In this document: piece after piece, positions 13,001 through 25,490 of the stretch
How positions within the stretch are numbered: the stretch's first letter is position 1
How the letters are laid out: the number at the start of each line of letters is the position of its first letter
Source of the DNA: Trichoplax sp. H2
Taxonomy: Eukaryota
Assembly (NCBI GenBank): GCA_003344405.1
Contig: NOWV01000016.1
Span: forward strand, 186,001-250,000
DNA length: 64,000 nt
Direction of reading: 5' to 3'
The notes under the pieces: model-generated
Seen by the model: the letters and a program-made list of their open reading frames with translations, nothing else
Databases searched by the model: none
Told to the model about the DNA's origin: nothing
Translations under genes and position numbers: made by a program

Positions 13001-14353
13001 TGTACAGTCAGTACATAGAGTATAATGATCTACGAGTATATTATGGTGGTATGTAAACAAAGCAGGAAGTTTGGCGAGGTAAAAAGGGTAGTTGCAATTT
13101 ATTTATTTTATTAAGATGGGCTTTCACAGTATCAATTTTATAGCTAATAAAGCAAGCCGAAATAGCCATGAAAGTTGTTGTTAAGCACACATCATTCCGT
13201 GCCAGTATACGTGTAGAAAAATCTTTTTTGAATATCTAAACACACTAGCCTCGTGGTAATTTCACACAGGACTCTGGAAACTTGCTAGCATTAGTTACTA
13301 GACCATTATTAGAGATTGCTAGCAAGTAGCGATTCTATCGTCAACGGGCAGAGATGCGATCGGTTTGATGACAGCCGTTGTTTCCCTTGATTGTTGAAAA
13401 TCAAAGTGGAAAGTAGGTAAAGGTCGTTACTGTAGTGATTCTTTAAGATTTTAGGTACCTTAGGTAATGACATACGCGTCTCTAATCGGTAATTTACATA
13501 ACGTTGTAAAGCAGAAAAAGCTTGTGGAATATGAATAGTCAATCGTATAATACAATGTGGGAAAATGTAGGCAATACGCAACGGTAAGTGAATGGTTGAT
13601 ATGAGCCAAAGTTTGAAGTACGTATATTTCATAGCAAGGTAGAGTACAATTTGTTGGTAAGTTTATCAAGTTGATTGAGTTTGGAAACGTCGTCCATTGG
13701 CACTATTATCTATTATCTACAGTAGGAAGGGAATTAATTAACCAGTTGTTACAATATTTCTAATTGATAACTCGATTATGCAATTCAGTGGCTTACGCAT
13801 CTTCCTACAACGCAGTAATAACCCTAACTGCAAAGGCATACAAGTTGTTTATGCCACTGATGAATTTTTTGCTTTTTTTTAAGCGAACGTATCGAGTGAC
13901 CAATGTATACTAGTAGAACTAGTTGGGTAGCTCTACTCTATCCTCCATTCATTAAAGTAGTCAGAAGACAATTTAGATCTAATACGGTGTCCATTGCAAT
14001 TGTACAAATTGATCCATCCACATCATCATGGTCACTGTCGACCATGGCATCGAATTGGATGGAATCCATTTTGTGCAACTTACCAATCGATGTGTTGTGG
14101 CTTTTTTCAACACTTCATTAGAATGGATTAATAAATCAGGGCCAGGAGCACCAACCGTCAGTGCAGTAGAAATGTTGTTAAACGCGCCAACTTCTTGGAA
14201 ATAATTTTCTGCCATATTGGAATTGAATTGCAATGCTGTGGTATGAAAATTGCGTCCTTTGCAAGTAGTAAGAGGCAAATAGGAGGAAGGGAGCAGCGAT
14301 CTAGTCAAGGTCTTCTTACTGATTTGCAATACAAGACTATAACAAGAATTCAT
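10069..14353 (-). CDS. Class I/II PLP-dependent aminotransferase, paralog B, 11 exons, with a 46-aa N-terminal presequence-like extension
   Basis: Exons approx 14353-14084, 12387-12275, 12069-11915, 11708-11547, 11451-11307, 11227-11105, 10895-10781, 10685-10614, 10488-10440, 10332-10279, 10186-10069. They give ..[90 protein letters not shown]. Intron positions match paralog A. Confidence 0.92.
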
Positions 14354-14484
14354 ATTAGCCAATCACTGTTACGCCCTTCCAACATTCAAGCCTAGAGAGG
14401 GAGTAACTAGGAGTAACTAGGAATAACAAGGAGTAAGAGTAACCACCAGCACCACTGGCTGCGGGTTAGCGAGAGGGGTGGTGG

Positions 14485-14512
14485 TGATCAGAGTTCAGAT
14501 GGTCAGAGTTCA
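14485..14512 (+). promoter_or_regulatory. Candidate nuclear-receptor response element (array of four half-sites)
   Basis: TGATCA-G-AGTTCA-GA-TGGTCA-G-AGTTCA, ~130 bp upstream of the aminotransferase B ATG. Confidence 0.45.
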
Positions 14513-14963
14513 CTGGTTAAGAATGATAGTGTAGAGTATACTGTATCAGTCTGTATGGATGGAGCCCTACCCTGGGCAAAGGGTGGTCGTCGACCACTCG
14601 CTATTGTTGCAAATATAATAATAATACTGTACATGAGGTGGTTGAAGGCGTAAAGTACGTGGTGCACAGGAGTCAATGTAGCGGGCTGAATGATACAGGC
14701 GTCACTCAGAGCGACGGTTGTATTATACCAGTACAACAGCAACGGAAAGAGAGACGGACGACGTTCCATTCTTTTTCTAGTCAGTCTCCACTTCTGTACT
14801 CTACAGTATACTGTATGCTACTACTGAAATCGTATACCATACTGTACAAAAGCAAGCAAGAAGCTGCTAACAAAAATGCATACGATTGGATCGTTTCAGC
14901 TATCCGGTCCAGTTGAGATGACGCTTCAAATAGTCGACCGCCTCATTTTTGTACAGTATATAT

Positions 14964-15130
14964 TGACATAGCTATTGGACCGTTCTGCTAGCCTGCTATT
15001 GCTCATTTGAGTGAGTGTTCTATTGCTGATGCATTTTTGGCGGACTATGACATAGCTATTAGACCGTTCTGCAAGTCTGCAATTGCTCATTTGAGTGAGT
15101 GTTCGATTGCTGATGCATTTTTGGCGGACT
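14964..15130. repeat. Two-copy 84-bp direct repeat in the divergent aminotransferase B/FUBP intergenic region
   Basis: TGACATAGCTATTxGACCGTTCTGC...GCTCATTTGAGTGAGTGTTC...GCATTTTTGGCGGACT starts at 14964 and again at 15048. Confidence 0.95.
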
Positions 15131-15797
15131 GGAACCACGGTACAGTACACAGTATTTCTGGAAGTTCATGATACAGTACAGTGCAGTACAGTACAGCGTA
15201 CTGTACTGTACAGTACTGTCCACTCATGCTACAGTGCAATGCAGCTGCGTTCTCTTCTTTTAATAACACAGTCGCGTCTGTATGTCTCTATGTCTGTATA
15301 GTATCGAATAGATTAGTAGCATACTGTACACTGTACTGTACAGTGTACAGTTGAGAAAAAACTCAACTCTATGATGAGTACCCAACGCCTACTTCGTCAG
15401 ATTCTTGACCGTACCAGAATTCCGCGGGGGCTTGCAATTAGCGTACACAGTACTGTACAGGACGTACGGTACAGTACTGTATTGTAGTCTACAGTCTACT
15501 GTACTGTAGGTAAAAACTGCAAATCTCATACCAAAGTCGACAATGCTACAGTTTGGCATAGTTTGGCCTACAGCATACAGTACTGTATGATACAGTAGAA
15601 GCAATTTTTTCTTTTTACCTTACAGTACAGTTCACGTCCAGTACTGTAGCACAGTGGACTCCATTTTGCATGCTTATTGGTCAAGTGGAGAAAGAAAAGA
15701 CTCTGACTCTCATTGTCATCCCAGTTGAAGAACTCTACTGTCGAGGCATTTGAACGTTTTCATTGCTACTAGTCGTGTTGAAAGAAAAAAAAAGAAC

Positions 15798-18700
15798 ATG
15801 TCCAAGGTTGAAGAAGGTTCTAGGCAAGGTAATCCTGATGGTCCAGCTGCAGATGATAAAGTAGCTGAAGCTATAAAGAGAGCGCAAAAAGTAAGTCAAG
15901 TACATCAGGAAAAAAATGCAAAAATACGTCGTATTGTACATCCATTGGAGATTGATAGTCTACTGTAGACGACAAAAGCATCAGTGAAAAATGGGTAGAA
16001 AATATCCCATTTCTTTCTTCATTCGCCATTGGATAACAACGATATTTTACCAATAAAAATACAGTAGATAAGAGCGGTGGTAATGACTGTACTGGGTTAT
16101 TTATCCCAGTTGAATTCTTGCCTCGCTATGATTATATCTGTGTCAAAAAAAGGCGATCAAGTGAGCTGTACTGTAAGTCAGTGATGTCATTATGGTAGCA
16201 GGAGACGAGAGCATACTGTACTGTACACTGCAGTGACATGTATACGATACACTACATGTAGTCGATCAGAAATGAATAGCCACCATGCAAAACATGTGCT
16301 TTGATAAGACATAGACTGCAATGGCAGTATGGATCCCTATCGCCTCGGAGGACATCGGTTATTATTCTCGGCTATCCCTTTAGAAATCATTTCCTACCTG
16401 CAAAATCATTCCTTATTTGATCGTATCAAAGTTTTACTTGTTAATACGGAGAAACAATCGCATTATTGCTACTCTGAAATAGTAAGATCTACAATATACA
16501 GTTCGTACGTCGTGCTAGCCTCTGTCACTGTTGAAAAAACATTCTCATCGCCCTTTCTGGTTAAATCTTTGAATTGGAAGGCAAGGAACGGAGTTAGTTC
16601 AATGAAATAGACAAATACATTTCTTACGGCTTGTCATGCAGTTGTAAATATATTACAGTCAAAATGATTAGTACATATTTAGTCCTTATGAACTAGCTAG
16701 CACTGATGTTCGATGATGGTGTAGCTGAGCCAATTCAATCAACCATACTGTACCAACCCAAAAAACGATTGATTGTACAGTACTGTGCGCTTATTTCAGC
16801 ATCTCTTGTACTTAATTTTGCTAACAATACCATCCATCACGGTCGTTAGGATGATATCAAAGTGGTCTGATATATGGTCCATACATGATAACGCTTTATC
16901 ATCAATTGATATTAATTTTTCTTTCCTTTCCTTCTAGATTGCAGCGCGTATTAGCGATGTCGGAGGTTCTGCTGAAGGTCGGTACTTGTATTTGAATTGT
17001 TTCAATTTGAAAATTTCAATCCAAAAAAATACTCTTTCCGCATAATTTACTACTAAGCGCAACGTGCTTATGTCAGCTTTAATTCTACTTTAGTCAGTCA
17101 ATAATGGAATTAGTCATCCTGTATAGCTGCATTTGGGCTATAAATACTGTACATTTTCATGACAGTGGGTACATTATCGTAAACCGTCAGCAAAGCGACG
17201 GGAGCTTGTACTAGTATTTATTATAATGTTATTTTCATTTTTCTCAGGTGATTCGACAAGAAAAAGGCCATTAGATACTCAGGGTACCACAATTGTAACA
17301 AGAATAGATGGTTTTTATAAAAGCAAAAGAGTAAATTGATCTATGTATAATGTTCATTAATTCTTGATACATCTTATGTAGACATTAAAACTATTGGAGG
17401 CGCCAACGAACCGCCATCCAAAAGAGCAGCTCCATCGGAAGGTTAGAATGCACTCATTTCAGAGATTTGGATACTATTTTCTCGACGTAGTTCAGTGATT
17501 GGCTAGCTAGTGTGATATACGTCGTAGCCGATATGATTTCAGTACTTTTTTGATACGATATTACTAACGCAAGATCGATCTATTAAATTTACTATGCATA
17601 GTAATAATACTCGATGAATTTGGTATCTACTCTTTATTTAAAAATAGTCGCACAAGCGATTCAAATTTGTTCATCTCATTTTACTTTTTTCTGATATGGT
17701 AATTGACAGCTACTGCAGCGGCTATTGATAGAGCTCAAGCTGTTGCGGCTAGTATAGCTGCAAGGTTGGTAATTTTTAAAGCTAATCTTGATTGCTAATT
17801 ATGATACTATTGGGAATGATTCTATGACATGAACGACTTATTGTCTACGATTGTGAATGATTGTAATGTATCAATTATTTTATTGGCTAAAAACAATTTT
17901 TTCACGGTCAATAATATGTATTCGTATAAATTTTTTTATGCATGACAGATCGGGTTTAAATTCAATTGTTGTGGAAGAAATCAAGATTCCGAATAAAATG
18001 ACAGGATTAGGTTAGTTTTGGACGTCATCTCTCTTTCTATTGGCTAAAGTGTAATCATATCATTAACAAACAACGTACGTGTACTTTTATTGTTTTAATT
18101 TATGTCCTGTTCTATTTGTCTGTGCATGATTATACCTGCAGTTATCGGTAAAGGTGGTGATTCCATTAATAAATTGCAAGCGGAATCTGGAGCAAAGATT
18201 CAAGTTCAACCAGGTGGTGATTCGTTTTATTTTTTATTCGCTTGCAGCTAGTACGAACTACTGAAATGTAGTACATATTCTTGAAAAGAAAGATCCAATT
18301 ATGTATTTGAAAGCATTGTCTAATAATACCGTCATTAATATGTAAAACATACAAAATTTTAATTCGAATGTGATAATGATACTGACTATCGCTAGATTCG
18401 ACTAATTATTACGGTATAATTAATTCCTTCCCAATGTATATTCAAACAGATGCTGATGCACAAGGAAAACCAGAAAGGATTGTTACCATAACTGGATCTG
18501 CTGTGAATGTTGAGTACGTATTGCCTTAAATTGAAAGAATAATGGAAGTCATATCTTACATTAAACTGCTTTTGAATCCCTTCTCATACTATATTGAACT
18601 CTTATTTTACGCAGTCAAGCAAAATATTTAATAGATCAAATGGTTAATGAAGGGCCAGCGGCAATGGTAAATTTCTTTATCATCAATCAAAGTCGATGCC

Positions 18701-21562
18701 TTAATATTATACGAGTTAGAATTAACTGATGGACGATTACATGTAATTTCTATCGGTAGCCGGGAAATGCTGCACCATTAGGTGCAATACCACCAGCTCA
18801 AAATGAGATAACCGAAGAGATTTTAGTTCCAGCAAATAAAGTAGGACTTGTAATTGGTAAGCAAGATATAACTTAATAAACTGAGTTTTCGTGGACGTGT
18901 GCATATTGAAAAATGGTTAAAACAAAGAAAATCCTTTCTATGTATTTCCATATATTTAACAGGCAAAGGAGGTGAAATGATTAGGAGCTTTCAGGTTGGC
19001 TGTATTACTTTACATTTCATGATCTTTGAATTTATTTGATGAAATATTTAACCTTTTTCCATCTTGCTATAACGTAATTAATTATTGACAACTTTATACA
19101 GGAACGAACACAAACACGCATGGTAATGGTCCAGGAATCATCTCATATTACTGGACGTGATAAGCCTCTTAGAATCGGTGGAGATCCACAACGAGTTAAG
19201 GTAAGGAAACTATTTCATATACTGGACGCCTTTATCTACAAATGTATGGAAAAATTAATTAATATATTATCTTACACGTTTACTACCACTGCTGTATATG
19301 TAGAGAGCGAAGGACATGATTATTGATTTTCTGACTCAACATGAAATGGAAAGCTCGGTCGGTACCTATCTATGTAGTGGTTAATGTGTTACATTTATAT
19401 TGTACAGTATTAATAGGCTTACCTTACTTTCTGCCATATTCAGAATTAAACTTTTGTTATAACGTTGGTATAACAATTTATTTACTTTATTAACAATAAA
19501 ATTGTCAACCAATTTTTGCAGCCGATGAAACCAGGTGGCGACTTTCGTAATCAATCTACTAATGATTATGGTACTCCTGTTCACAAACAAATGGGTGGAA
19601 TGGGAATGCTAGAGGTTATACTTATGCTTGATAAAAATTAGCATTGTATTATTATCATTATTATTATTATGTGCTAACAGTGTATACCGTTAGGTACCTG
19701 TACCTCGTGACGTTGTCGGCGTCGTAATCGGTAGAGGAGGCGAAACTATTAAGCGTATACAAATGGAAACTGGTACTAAAATACAGTTTAAGGAAGGTAA
19801 CGATATACTAATTAAAATCTATACTGTATAATATGGGTAATATGACAAGCTCAATTTTTTTTGTAGACAACTTTCGTATTTTTGCATGTAGTATAATAAT
19901 TATTCTTATTTCAGACTCAAATCCAAATCTACCAGACCGCATTGCCATGTTAACTGGTAATGATGACTCTGTGCAACGTGCGAATAAAATGATTAGTGAT
20001 CTAATAATGGAGGTACAGCGTTAATTAATATTAATATTAATAACAGCGGAATATAAGATTGCGCTATATGTAATATAAACACATTCGCGTGCGTATGTTA
20101 GAAACGAAGACAAGGCCCACCTGGAGGACAAGGTGGTATGATGGGCGGCCAAGGTGGAAGTGCGGAAGTTGTTATCCCAGCGAACAAATGTGGATTAGTG
20201 ATTGGAAAAGGTTAGATTATCCAAGTAACGTGGAACATTTATTGTACATAATATTACTATAGTTGATTGATTTATAATTTTTTTTCTAATAATAATAATG
20301 AACCTTTAAGGCGGCGAAACGATAAGACAAATTATCCAACAATCGGGAGCCCACGTTGAGTTAAATCGTAACACTCCACAAGAATCTCCCACTCGAATCT
20401 TTGTAGTCCGAGGTAAGATGTATTATGAATAAAAATTATAACTATATAGTATTAACTCCCTTGATGATAATTATTATTCACTTTTTGACCCTATCTAAAA
20501 TGTTGTAATTATCTCACTTAGGTGGACCGCAACAAATTCAGCATGCACAAATGATAATAAAGCAAAAGATTGGAGAAGAGATGGTATGTGTATAAAATTT
20601 TTATTGTTTAAATATAATTGGACCGTCTTGAGAGCTTAAGCTTTGATATATTGTGAATTTAAATTTAATTTTAGGGTGGAGCAGGCATGCAACCTGGAGG
20701 GTAAGTTTTTATTATTATTATAATAAATTTTTTTGTATTGATAATCATTGTTGTACTATCCATAGGCCTGCTGGCGGCTATCCTATGCCAGGTCAACAAA
20801 TGGCCTATTCCATGCAACAAGGTCAAAATTTTCCAAATCAGCAAAATTACACATCTTCACAGCAGCAACAACAACAACAACAACAATCTTATCAGGGATA
20901 TACATCACAGCAATCTCAGATGCCCCAACAGCCTGTAAGATACAGTATACTCATCTATTTGTGATGAGATACTTTTATTACGCATGTTTTACTTTTTATA
21001 TTTTATTCATATTTTGATTGTATTTGCTAAAGATCGCTGGTACAGCTACTCAAGCTGCAGGTAGATATTTGAAGATTTTATTTAAACTTGCAATTGAAAA
21101 TACAGGATTGATTCATCAAGTAATACCATAAACAATTATTTAAAAATTTGTAGGTCAAACAGGTCAAGATCAGAGTGCTTGGGCAAATTATTACCAAAAC
21201 TTCTATAATCAACCAACCGGAACAACTGCAGCCGCTGGTCAAATGGCAACTGCAAATCCTGGCCAGGCAACTGCAGCAACAACTCAACAAGGTATTGTAG
21301 TAATGCCAACTGGATATCCTGTTCTTTTACCCCATTTACTTGTAAAGTCTCAAACAAATATTAATATTAATTAGCAGCTCAACCGCAACAAGCTGGTAGC
21401 CAGCCAGATTATACCCAAGCTTGGATCGAATATTACCGTCAACAAGGTTTAAGTTACAACCCAAGTACAGGTACATTAACGCAATTAAATGCAGGTGGTC
21501 AAGCAGTTGGGAATCCGCAAGCAATGCAACCTGGACAAATGCACATGAATCCTACCCAATAA
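15798..21562 (+). CDS. FUBP: Far upstream element-binding protein (FUBP1/KHSRP/FUBP3/Psi family), four KH domains, many short exons
   Basis: N-terminal [14 protein letters not shown] helix (N-box-like). Four KH domains with GxxG loops: [11 protein letters not shown] (~18000-18170), GLVIGKGGEMI (~18840-18990), [11 protein letters not shown] (~19720), GLVIGKGGETI (~20190-20320). A Q-rich region follows, then Tyr-rich motifs [10 protein letters not shown] and [14 protein letters not shown]. Stop TAA at 21560-21562. Confidence 0.93.
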
Positions 21563-24500
21563 AGTAAAGAAAGTAGCCATTGATGGTAAGTATACATTTT
21601 CAGTGACGGTAAGAATAAGACATATGTCAACAGTTGTACAATTGAATGCCTTTATAGTATTTGATGAGACTAGTTTTAGTATCCATTTAATTTCAGAAGA
21701 ATCCCCTGGAGTAAGTATTAATGTACTTGCCTAATTAATGTAGTACGTTTATTTTGAAATAGGACATTGAACTTGTTGGTCATTCTATATATATTGTTAA
21801 GAAATTAACATGCTAAACCTTCCTGATGTTGAAGAAGTCTTAATAGTTTTTTGTTTGGATGTATAAAATTGTTATATGTAGTATTTTATATCATTTGGTA
21901 TATGACCAATTTTAGGTTGCATTCCTTATTCTTTATAATATCTTAATTCCTTGTAAGCATCTTTAATATCTAATGGAATATAACTACAGTCGATATGTTG
22001 AACAAAAATTTTGTTTAAGTATATCGAACATTCACGTAGTAGTATCCAAATTGTATTTATAGGTACATATAGATGGTATCTCTATTGGGTAGTTGCTATA
22101 ATGTTTGGCAGCTGTTGGAGATGGCTTAAGCTTAATGTACACTGATAGTAGAAATTGCTTCTTCCTGTTCAACTAACATTTCCTTTCTCTTTAGCGTTTA
22201 TCTTTCATATATTTTCCACTTTCGCTTGATTAAAAGATCGTTGAATTTATGCCTTGTTATATCATAAGTTGATATATGTGTTGATTCTTGTTGATGCATT
22301 TGCCCTATAGAACAATATTTTATATATATATACGCATAATTGAGTTTCTATGCAGTTTCTGTTTTAAAGCTTAGTGTATTCGTATACAACAATTTACTAT
22401 AGTATGATCACAATTAAGACTTTTTCATTGTTATTTCTTATTAGTCAGGTTTATATATACCGTATAATTTATTCGATGATAATTTTTATCCAGTGGGAGG
22501 AGGGTTTTGATCATTGCGGTATATCGTAACTTACATTGATGTTTGACAAATGTTGAATCGATATAATAATCTTATGCTACTGTAATTATGCAAAGTTTAG
22601 ATAGCATTTTGTTATCTATGTATTCGTTTCATCAAGTTGTTTAATGATATACTAATCCGAAATCTATGAATGATCTACGTTATAGAAATTATTACAATGC
22701 TACATGTGTCAGTATTCGTATTATGATGACTATATGATTTTATATATCCACTACGCGTTAATAACATTGCAGCACTAACGTTTCGATAATCAGATGTTGC
22801 TTAAGATTTATTGGCGTAACGATTGATTTTCCTTGGTTTAGAAGAATTTGCCGTAGATTCTTCCTTTTCCTGCACAGAATACAATGGGTTACTAAGCCTG
22901 ATGGCCTTGAGCGGATTATTGAAGTAGTGAGACAGTAATCGAACAATTCGATAAAGTAATCACTGTTGCATTGTGACTTGACAATAGTTGTTATAGCGAA
23001 ATTTTTATATCATTGAGCTACATTTCTAGTGGTTTTATGACTTCCAATTTTAAACCCTTAGAAGGTGAACGCATTTTACAGATTAGCTAAGCTTTTATGA
23101 TGAAGTTTACGTTAGATTCCAAATAATCCTAGCTGTTTTTTAATACTAGAAAAGTGATAGTACATGTGCTATATAGATCATACATTACATAGTTTCATTG
23201 TTATTGTTTTATTCGTTGATTGATAATGTATAATCATAATGCCCTTAATCTTATGCAATCGGATAAAGTTTAACTCTACATGATTCTTATCATATTAATA
23301 TTACGAAATATTTCAATTTCATTAATAATATTGAAAGCCACATTATATCAACCTTTTCTATTAGGGAAATTCATGATCACTCTGCATTTATCACTCCCTA
23401 GATTGTGATTTTCTATCTCCTATATCGTATATGATATATCAGATGTAGATACGTATATATGTATATGTATATATTTATAGACTCCTCGGTTCGCAAGTAC
23501 TACGATAGAATAGGTTACTTACGCGTGAAGACTACGTGTCTTTGTTCTTTCTTGACTGACCATTTGAAGCACGCAAGTAGGTGAGGACAGTTAATTTTAT
23601 CCGTGATGGTGAAAAATGTATTTACATTCTTGAAAAAGTGTCATATTTTCATAAAGTCTGCGTATTATGAATTTATTATTGGGAGCATAATCTCGTATAC
23701 CATAATAGATCTATCTTGATTGCGGTGCTCTTCAATTTTTTATCCTGAAAATGGTCATTAATTTGTAATCATTAAGTTAAGATTAATTTCAGTTCTTGCT
23801 ATATTAATCATCCCTATGCTACAAAATTCGGTGTTGAAAGTTATATCAAATTGTTTTACATCTTTATACTGCACGTGCAATTTTGATGGTTTAGTGGTTT
23901 AAGAAAATGTATCAGCTGTTTCCATCAGACCAGTCAAGTTAAATTCGTAATAATGATGCACAGTCTTGATTATAGATGATTTTAAACTTGAACCAAAGTC
24001 ACTTAATTACGTAATAGTAAGGTAGATCATATGGATGATATTTCTTCATAAATCGATAATTCGGATAAATTAAATGATCAAAATACATTAGAAATGCAAT
24101 TAGTTGATAAAAGCACAATATCAGATATAATTCATTCATTTGTTTGAAACTGGAGTAAGCCGGCATATAGTTATTTTGGATAGATAATTTTTAAGATGAG
24201 ATGTTGTCACCCTATGATTGATATTCGATTGAATAGCGATCGCTTTGTTACGATTAGATGCAGAGTTTTATTTTGTGTTTAACATATTTGTAGTGAATGT
24301 TAAAATAATATGCCAGCAGAATTACCAATGGTCAAGTATCTGAAATAATGGACACTAGTTTATGTTCTTTCCATAATTAAGCTAAATTTAACCAATAAGG
24401 TAAAGTGTAGACATGTATAGGATGTAGGATTCTATTCGCACTGGATATGTAATTTAAGACTAGAATTTTATAAATTAATCGCCTAAATTGAGTATTGGAG

Positions 24501-25490
24501 GTGATATGCTACGTACTATAATATCCTTAACTTAAATAGACTTTTAGATATACAGTATCTCGTGTATATAAGGTGTTTGAAACAAAATTTTAGCTATCAG
24601 ATAGAAGCTATGACTGGTCTGGATGCTCTTTTATTCTATCCGATTTTGACATAGATTTGAAGTAGTATAGAGCTATTAAAATGCAGATCTAATTAGCAGA
24701 ATTGGTGATTTGGATAGGCATCCATATTTGACTGTGTCCCTTAGCGATATATCTATGGGGGAAATAATTACTTAGCAATCTGGCAGGTACCGTATCAAAT
24801 CATGATATTATTGCATTTGGTAGTATATTGATTATACTATAGTTGATCTGTTGCAATTATTTGAAATTTAACGTTCTTAAGCATGTACAGTTAATACGAG
24901 TTGGTTGTAGTAATAGTAACACACCTGTGTAGAACTATCATTCGTAATTGACAGGAAGCTTAGGAACTTTTTTCATTAACATTAATTTATGAATTTCTAT
25001 GTTGTATTTGGGAATGACTGTGAATACTTTAACGTAACTTCAGCTCTTTATTTGGTCAGTTGATGAGTGTAATTGATTATTTATCTAATCTGTTAAAAGC
25101 GTAAATTTAAAACTTTATATTGTGTATGTGATGTTATTTTTATTGTTGTAATTACTATTTGAGATATCGTATGAAAAATGATTTGTACTTCTTACGTGTT
25201 TGATTGATGATCAAGTTCAATAAAATTGAAATTATATTATTGATAGACACCATCTCATAATGAAATTTTATCGCTTTTACTTCCGTTGTATATGCATGGC
25301 GAGAATTACGATATTTAGATATAAGCCTTGGTATTGAATAATTAGTCTATGTAATAGATACAAATACTTTAAATTTTATGACGTTTATTTGAAATATCAG
25401 CATCAATTTTACAAATAAGAACAATCATTCCTTTGATGAAGGATGAATTTGGTACATGGTTGCATTGTATTCGGTTAGTTTAGATTTAGA

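Noticed and set aside
13309-13669. 107-aa and 69-aa ORFs in intron 1 of aminotransferase B
   Set aside because: No recognisable motifs; consistent with chance ORFs.
4803-14353. Calling the aminotransferases KYAT1/CCBL1 because that gene is also at human 9q34
   Set aside because: The motifs (GAPGP, QYG, IPTFxNPxG, FSKxxxPGLRLGW) fit the ARO8/YER152C/AADAT-like group rather than KYAT1. No gene symbol assigned.
14926-15604. ORFs with repeated peptides (RQKCISNRTLTQMSN; YSTV-rich)
   Set aside because: They are by-products of the 84-bp duplication and TACTGTA low-complexity DNA.
20860-20886. CAG/CAA polyglutamine run in FUBP
   Set aside because: A short Q-run in a low-complexity region is ordinary for this family.
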